64,000 nt of DNA, from contig NW_027362761.1 in assembly GCF_046119375.1 (NCBI RefSeq), forward strand, positions 260,152,001-260,216,000. The letters run 5' to 3'. The first letter of the stretch is position 1. Every line of letters begins with the position of its first letter. The notes under the pieces are model-generated. The model was not told the DNA's origin. It made no database searches and saw only the letters and a list, made by a program, of their open reading frames with translations. The DNA is from Phyllobates terribilis. Taxonomy: Eukaryota. The translations under genes and the position numbers were made by a program. Shown here piece by piece: positions 57,301 through 64,000 of the stretch.

Positions 57301-59869
57301 TCAAAGTGACATTAGTCTAGATACAATATTTCTTATATATTCATGTATGGAGTGCCGAAGTTCTTTTTGCAATTGAGATTAGTTTTTTCTTCAGAGCACC
57401 CGAATAGACCAATGAGCAGCCCATGTAAACATGCCAGCAATCACCCAACTAACTTCTTCCTAAAATAACTCTGCCATCCTTCGCCACTGTCTTGGAACAC
57501 ATAACAGCCAACATGTACGAGATGGGAACAATGCCCTAGTTTAAGCTGGCCATGGGCATGAACATTTTGCTATGATGCATGTGTATAAGCACCCTTCCAT
57601 CTTCTGAGAGTCTGGTGTCTGCAGTGGCCATACACATAAGTTGGCTGCACCTACTGATTTTAGCGAGATCGGTGTAGAAGGTGTGCGGACCCTCTCCGGA
57701 CAGATAATGTCAGGTAAAGAAAGATTGGGCATGTTGAATTTCAACTTGCTCTGAAATAAGAAAACCTACTGCTGAGGGGTCCGGCATCTACTTACTCTCC
57801 TCTCCCAACTGAAAGTAAATTCCAAAAGTGCATGTGTCTCGGGGAAAAGGGGTCCAGAAAGAATAACTGTGGGCTTAATCAACGGTATTAAGGCAGCATT
57901 CACACGTTGCGGTTGAAGTGCGTTTTTATGCCACAATCGAGGTAAAACTAACTTTTTATATTTTTATTGTGGCTCATGGAGGTAAGCACACATCTCTCCA
58001 TGAGCCAAGGAGAAGGGCTGCGACATCAGACAAAATAAATCTTGGCTGATTGAGCATGCAGGACAGAGGCTGAAAAAAATTTCTTTGTTCTCAGTCAGCA
58101 AGAAGATTCATTTCCTCTGATGTCACAGCCCTTCTCGGTTCACGGAGTTATGTGCGGCTATGATAGAGCTCCTCTGTCAGTTGAGACATGTCTTGAGCTG
58201 TGGTTCTTCAGACTGAAACCCTCCTGACACATTACCAAGACGGGCTGCTGTTTGAATTACATGTTGGAGGGGAATTTTATTACAATTCTGGATAGCCCCT
58301 TTACGTTGCCAGCAGATGCTGATAAATGTCACACAAACTATGTTAATCACCTTCAGAGGGAAAGTTTAGCCAGGACACTGTTGGGGCAGGAACGCCCAGC
58401 AGACACTTGGCAACACGGGTGTCATTAGGCTGCCATCCATCTTGCCGAGCATGTAGGAATTCTGCATGAAAGACTGTACGGTCTTATCAGAGAACAATTA
58501 GTCCGGATAAAAGGAAATCCAACTGCCTGTTTCTTCTTTCCTGCCACATCTGCCATCAGGAAAGGTTCAGGAGGCCCCTACATGCATCAGATGGTTGTCC
58601 GATGCTGCTGAAATCGGTACTATTGGCCAACATTAATTTAAAAGGCAAGGCCAGCTTTACAATTAAAGGGGTTTCCCAGTTTTGGAGAACTCCTGTGCAC
58701 TGACCGCAATTTAATTTAAAAATAAATTAATAAAAACCACCTGTGCTTTACTGACCAACCCTGGGACCTGTACAGAGTCTCCGCTGCTGCTGCTCCCAGC
58801 ATCTGTTATGTGAGGTCACATAAACAGCCAGTGAGCACAACATGGGACCAGTGGAGGGTGAGTAAAGCATGATGTGTTTCCTTTAAACAAACGGCAGACG
58901 AAGGGACATTTGTTGTTTTCTGAAATCGGAAAACCCCTTTAAAAAGGTTATCCCCAAAAAAAGGGAAAAACCTGATAAATCCTCTGCAGGTGCCAAGCGC
59001 TCGCACCTCTGCTCCACGTACGATGGGGCTCAGCTGGGTACGTTATCCCTTATCCTGTGGTTGGGGAGGGGGTAAATTACTCAGTGGGGTAAATACTACA
59101 GACGTCTCCGTCCATTACCCCGGTAAGGATCCTACAATGATCCTGGGCACAGGGTTATACAGGGGGCAGCACATCACATGCACCTGTCCTATAATGAGGT
59201 TATCTCCACCTGTACAACCCTGTACCCCAGGGTAATAACCTCTCTATAGGGCAGGACAGGGGCATGTGATGTGTTGGCACAGGGTTATACAGGGGGCAAT
59301 GACCTCACTATGGGGCAGGACAGCTGCATGTGATGTGTTACCTATGGGCACGATGACGTCAGTTGAGAAGTCTCATGACTGCTATAAAGGACGCTCCTTG
59401 TCACATGACAGGTGTGTACTGTGCTGCAGTAACGCCACACGTGTCTGCACCACCTCCATACCGGCCGCTGTAACCTGCCTCCCTGCCAGTGACTATAGCG
59501 GCCACACAGCAGAGCGGCAGCACCGGGCACTGCGCCCACATGTCCGGCAGAGCGCACGGCCGGGCTGGGTGTGACCTCGGCTGCTATCACCTTCTTCCCA
59601 CTCTCTCCGCCAGCCAATCAGGAACGCTCACCCGAGTCATGCGTGGCCTGATTGGAAAGTGGGCGGGGCTAAATAGATCGCTAATAAACAAATCACAGGG
59701 GGCGGGGCTTACCTTGCGGCTTGTTGCTGGGGGCGGGCCCGGGACCACCGTATGGAGGAACCGAAGGAAGTGTAGTACCCGGCGAAGGGGCTCCTGGGCC
59801 TATCGAGGCTCCCATGCCGCCTCCATCCCCGAGATCGGAGAGGAGAGGGGAGCGCTCTCCATCCGCCAT
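54198..59869 (-). CDS. PIP4P1: Type 1 PtdIns(4,5)P2 4-phosphatase / TMEM55B, 281 aa, 7 exons
   Basis: [28 protein letters not shown] (CX5R), two C-terminal TM helices, SHPIQSFS*; 846 nt; GT-AG throughout. ERSPLLS N-terminus, KVTSQR and ARCPHC match TMEM55B. Confidence 0.96.
54427..54517 (-). CDS. PIP4P1: PIP4P1 exon 6 ([30 protein letters not shown])
   Basis: 91 nt; CAG / GTGAGT. Confidence 0.96.
54604..54656 (-). CDS. PIP4P1: PIP4P1 exon 5 ([18 protein letters not shown])
   Basis: 53 nt; CAG / GTAAGC. Confidence 0.96.
54910..55460. mobile_element. Degenerate fold-back element (MITE) in PIP4P1 intron 4
   Basis: Nested inverted arms, e.g. AAAACTGAACATGAGGTTCTTAA / TTAAGAACCTCATGTTCAGTTTT and ACCAAGTGAAAGGAGCAAAA / TTTTGCTCCTTTCACTTGGT. 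Confidence 0.7.
56214..56319 (-). CDS. PIP4P1: PIP4P1 exon 4 (KRIINLGP...KNNFL)
   Basis: 106 nt; CAG / GTATTA. Confidence 0.96.
56414..56520 (-). CDS. PIP4P1: PIP4P1 exon 3 ([14 protein letters not shown]...CPRPY)
   Basis: 107 nt; CAG / GTGAGT. Confidence 0.97.
56638..56825 (-). CDS. PIP4P1: PIP4P1 exon 2 ([20 protein letters not shown]...NEAT)
   Basis: 188 nt; CAG / GTAAGA. Confidence 0.94.
56970..57374. repeat. 87-bp inverted repeat (2 mismatches) with 231-bp spacer
   Basis: 56970-57056 versus 57288-57374. Confidence 0.9.
58667..58938. mobile_element. T2/Kolobok-type MITE
   Basis: TTAA|AGGGGTTTCC ... GGAAAACCCCT|TTAA. Confidence 0.7.
59713..59869 (-). CDS. PIP4P1: PIP4P1 exon 1 coding part
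   Basis: GCCATGG Kozak; donor GTAAG at 59712; phase 1. Confidence 0.93.
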
Positions 59870-60130
59870 GGCCCTCGCTCCCACCTAGTACCGGCACACA
59901 CGATTCTTGCTGCTGCTACTGCTGCTTCTCCCGTCTGCTGACGCACCTCACAATGCGGCTGCGCGGGACGCCTGCGCTGAAGTCGGGGAGGGGGGGGGAA
60001 TTCCAGGACGCATGCGCAGTACAAAGTCACGTGCAGGTTAATTGCAAACAAAGGTCTTTTCTTCACGTGACCGCCACCTGGTGTAATAACCCTGTCTCCC
60101 ACCCCGGCTCACAGTACGCAGCTTTACTGC
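59870..60130 (-). promoter_or_regulatory. PIP4P1 5' UTR / proximal promoter (CpG-rich; CLEAR/E-box, NRF1-like, CTCF-like motifs)
   Basis: GTCACGTG 60026-60033, TCACGTGAC 60063-60071, CGCATGCGCA 60009-60018, CCGCCACCTGGTG 60071-60083. Confidence 0.7.
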
Positions 60131-60408
60131 CTGTGGTGTTAAGCTCAGCCCCCTATGGATAAAGGCTCCTCAAAAACAGCAATGTCAAGCCCAGCGCCCA
60201 CTAACACTGGCATTACTAATGGGGAGGTTATCTGCACAGGGGTGTCCGGCTAGATGATTCCGGCACTGGAGGGAGTTCACCACTGGGTCACATGACTGGC
60301 TGACACCTGATTTACCTCACAGCCCAGACTGCACAAAGTGGTGTCAATAAGGGTCCATGTTATAGACACCACAAGACTAGAGTGAAACGTAATCAATTCC
60401 ATCCTTAA

Positions 60409-60768
60409 AGGGGTTGTCCAGCCTTAGCCTATAAGTCTGCAGTCACTATGTGACTGCAGACCTGTGAATCCATACATCGGGCACTGTGAGGCTTCTCCGA
60501 TGCCAGTGGTGGGCGCGTGATCACAAGTATGTGATTGGAATACATGCCATGCCGACTAGAGGGGCGCAGCCTCGCGTAATGCAAGTGTATAGAGCGAGGC
60601 CGGACACGTCTAGTGGGAATGTGGCCGGGAGTGTGCATAGCGCATGTTTGCGGTCCCATGATCACTCACTCCTGGCATCGACACTGGAGAATCCTCAATG
60701 TGAGGATTCACAAGTTTGCAGTCACATAAAATGACAGTAGAACTGTACCCCAAGCCTGGACAACCCCT
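60409..60768. mobile_element. T2/Kolobok-type MITE
   Basis: TTAA|AGGGGTTGTCCAG ... CTGGACAACCCCT. Confidence 0.75.
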
Positions 60769-61811
60769 ATAAGCTGCATTTACACTGTCATATAATCATG
60801 AACAGAGTTCTTAAAAATGATTATCTTTCTATGTTTCAGGCTGCCCGTCACCTGCTGAATGAGTAAAACAACTGTTAATCGGATGAAATTATCTTTTGTG
60901 CAGCGCAAAGTATCATTGTTCACAGCGGGGCATCGTCCTGTATCAACAGAACTCGCAGTTCCATAGATTTCAATGTTAAAAAAATAGATCCAGTTGAAAT
61001 CAGTTTTTTTTTTTTTTAAACAGACAAAAAAGTTGTGTCTGCACAACTTTTTTGACAGCAGATGGCTGCTGGATCTGTTCTAATGGATGATTACTGGACA
61101 TGTGAACACAGCCTAAGGCCTCTTTCACACATCTGTGGTTTGAGTACATGTGGTGACAGTTTCCACACGCACCGGAGACACGGACACACGTAGACCGATT
61201 CAAATGAATGGGTCTGTGCACATGTCAGTGTGTTTCCACGGACCGCGTGTCTATGGGCAAAACACGCTGGCATGTCCATTTTTTACTCGCAGCATGGGCT
61301 CCAAAACATCCCGCACACAGATGACATCCATGTGTCATCAGTGTGACATTTACCGGCACCTGGGAATCAACGGTACTGTTTGCACTGTTCCCAAGGGCCC
61401 GAGTGTTGCAGGCATCTGTCATCATTGTCCCCTGCAGGCGCTGCTATCAGCACCAGCAGGGGACAATACTGACAGTTGTATTTTGCCCCCACTGTGTCCA
61501 GCAACTGTAAAATAAAATAAAAAACATTATACTCACCTTTACACCTAATTCCCTGAAGCCATTGTCCCCTGGAAAAAAGCAACCATAATATTCACCTATC
61601 CGACATACTGTCCCACACTGTAATCCATCTGATCGACAATTCTGCTTCAGCATCTGCGGTGGCTTGAGGCGACCGCACACGCTAAGGAGCAGAGGATGAC
61701 TCGCACCAAGCGCGCCCATAAACTGCACTAAACTCAGTGAGTGACAGAACACCGCTCAGTGAGCTCAGCATAAGTCAAGGGTCCACTCGCTGGAGTGAGT
61801 CATTCTTAGCT

Positions 61812-62410
61812 TGTGCGGTGTAGTGCGGCGGTGTTCACACTGTGCGGTAATGAGGCGGTGACCCAAGGAAAGTTCAACTTAAACATCTTTATTTGCAAAA
61901 ACTCACAAATGAAATGCAAAAGATGTCCTCGGGAATGCAGCCGGGTAGCCCAAACAGTCTGTGTAAACCTGTTGCCGTGGGAGACTGCCGCGCCGTTTCA
62001 CTCTGAGGTGCGCCAGTTACGTTGCCTTCACAAGCCTGTGTTGTGCCTTTACACAAGCTTGTAGTGCACAGAGCCTCCTGCTTCAGCTTGCAAACAAACC
62101 ACTGACACACCCAAACCTTTGCTGCAGGTTTTTAAATGAAAATTGTGGACATGTGCCACTTGTAAGACCCAGCTGGAGGGAGCGATCCGCCGCACTTCCA
62201 TCATGTGGATCGGTTCAAAAATAAAAGCCCATGTCAGGTTTTCTGGTTAAATAGCATGACCAAGTCCAAACTTACTTTTACTTTTATTTTGCACTGCAAC
62301 CACAGCTTTGCCTGTGATTGCAATGCACTCCAGCGGGTTCAATAACCTTCTATGCGCATCCTTGGGGATACACACCGTCCCTTTCATATGATCCCCCTCA
62401 CTGCCTCACA
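61812..62410 (-). repeat. 3' LTR (about 600 bp)
   Basis: Begins TG 3 nt after the PPT; imperfect terminal inverted match TGTG.GG; AATAAA on minus near 61885. Confidence 0.7.
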
Positions 62411-63586
62411 TATCCCCCCCTCTGTTCCAACCTGTGGGGTTGAACACCTGTCACCATACAGGGTGCCCGTGACAGGGCATCCGCATTTCCCTGAGACTTC
62501 CCTGCTAGATGTTTCACCAAGAAACTAAAATTTTGCAGTGACAGGAACCATCTGGTGACTTGAGCATTCCTCTCCCTGGCATTTCTCATCCATACCAAGG
62601 GTGAATGGTCTGTCACCAAGCGAAACTGTCGCCCAAGCAAATAATAGTGTAGAGACTCCAAGGCCCACTTAAGATCCAAGCACTCCTTCTGAACTACGCT
62701 ATAATTTCTCTCTGCCGGGGTAAGTTTCCTACTCAATTAGGTGACCGGATATTCTTCTTCATTCACCTCCTGTGACAGTCCCGCTCCTAGGCCTACCTCC
62801 GATGCATCCGTTTGTGCTATAAAGCCCTTCTTGAAGTTGGGACTGGTGAGGACAGGCTGTCCGGACAACGCCAACTTCATGGATGGGAACGTTTCTTCCG
62901 CCTGAGGGTTCCACCGAACCATGACCGACTTCTTTCCCTTTAAGAAATCGGTCAGGGGTGCCGATCTCCCAGCAAAATTAGGTATAAACCGTCGGTAATA
63001 CCCAATAATGTAGAGGAATGCTCTTACCTGTTTAGTAGTAAGTGGTCGGGGCCAGTTTTATACGGCCTCGATCTTGTTTATTTCGGGTTTGATAACCCCG
63101 CGGCCAATCACGTACCCCAAGTACCGGGCTTCCTAGAGACCTATCGCACATTTTTTTGGGCTTCGCTGTCAGGCCCACTTGTACCTGGGACAAGTAGGTA
63201 TGTAAATCAGTACTAAAGATGATAATATCCAAATACGTGGACGCATACTTCTGATGAGGTTCGGTTCTAACACTATGTCCATCAGCCTCTGGAATGTATC
63301 CGGGGCCCCATGTAACCCAAAAGGCAAGACAACATAGTGATAGCGGCCCTCTGATGTTATAAAGGTGGTCTTTTCTTTTGCCGATTCTGTCAGAGGCACC
63401 TGCCAGTACCCCTTGATCAGATCGAGCGTCGTGAAGTACTGGGCCTGCTCCTGTCTCTCAATCAGCTCGTCCACCCGGGGCATTGGATAAAGGTCAAACT
63501 TTGACATCTCATTCAATTTACGGAAGTCGTTACAAAATCGTAACGATCCGTCCGGCTTTGGAATCAGCACAATGGGGCTAGCCCAC
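61812..63586 (-). mobile_element. Gypsy-type LTR retrotransposon 3' part (RT-RNase H-PPT-3' LTR), Gmr1-like domain order
   Basis: WASPIVL, DFRKLN, YWQVPL, PFGLHGAP, YLDDIIIF, TDASEVGLG, VTDH, NADALSR; PPT GGAACAGAGGGGGGG then LTR TGTGAGG at 62410 to about 61812; frameshifted. Confidence 0.9.
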
Positions 63587-64000
63587 TGTGGTAGATCGCT
63601 CACTTGGCTGCACACAGAAGAAGACACAGGTACGCTGTCTCTTTAAATCTTTTGTTGGTTTATTATAGTGTGGCATAAACCAACATTTAGTCCGTGAAAA
63701 TAAACACAGCTCCCTGGGCAAAAACAGGAAAATTAAGCAAAATGGTAATACAAAAACGCAGCCTTTGTAGTAGCAGGGATCTGTCTGCTGAGAGTCGAGA
63801 AACTCCACATGGTTCAGGAACAAACAAACACTAGGTCTCCTCTGGAGCTAGCTTCTCCAGACACTGAACACTGAATGCCTCTGCAGACAGAATATTTAAA
63901 CCCCCCAGACCACTCACTGAGGTGGATATATGGTGAATGACCTCCCGCCCGTCACAGTGGCCATTCACAAAAAAACACTCCCTTTTAAAATTGAGGTGTA
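63587..64000 (-). mobile_element. Different LTR inserted into the Gypsy RT, runs off window
   Basis: RT homology stops abruptly at a TGT terminus; AATAAA on minus about 63660; non-coding. Confidence 0.55.

Overview
Vertebrate genomic DNA, most likely an anuran (frog); this is inferred from protein similarity and a T2/Kolobok, piggyBac, Harbinger, DIRS and Penelope repeat complement. Three multi-exon housekeeping genes were assembled by hand with GT-AG splice sites and consistent phases: APEX1 (minus, 313 aa, CDS 6532-9208), OSGEP (plus, 11 coding exons, 335 aa, CDS 17855-50798) and PIP4P1/TMEM55B (minus, 7 exons, 281 aa, CDS 54198-59869). APEX1 and OSGEP are head-to-head around a GC-rich promoter region (about 12.5-13.9 kb). 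PIP4P1 is tail-to-tail with OSGEP, whereas in human it is tail-to-tail with APEX1. Most remaining sequence is transposable elements: a CR1 LINE (intact ORF1, frameshifted ORF2), two adjacent DIRS-type elements, a Gmr1-like Gypsy with a nested LTR, a Tc1, a Tc2-like element carrying a G-rich minisatellite, an L2 fragment, Penelope-like remnants and many MITEs. The most interesting signals are two hammerhead-ribozyme motifs in OSGEP introns, a tRNA-like Pol III cassette inside a DIRS element, a U_UUA_AAC slippery site at the CR1 ORF1/ORF2 junction, perfect inverted repeats in the APEX1/OSGEP promoter region and PIP4P1 intron 1, and CLEAR motifs in the PIP4P1 promoter. Everything was read by eye with no database search; repeat family names and many TE boundaries are approximate.
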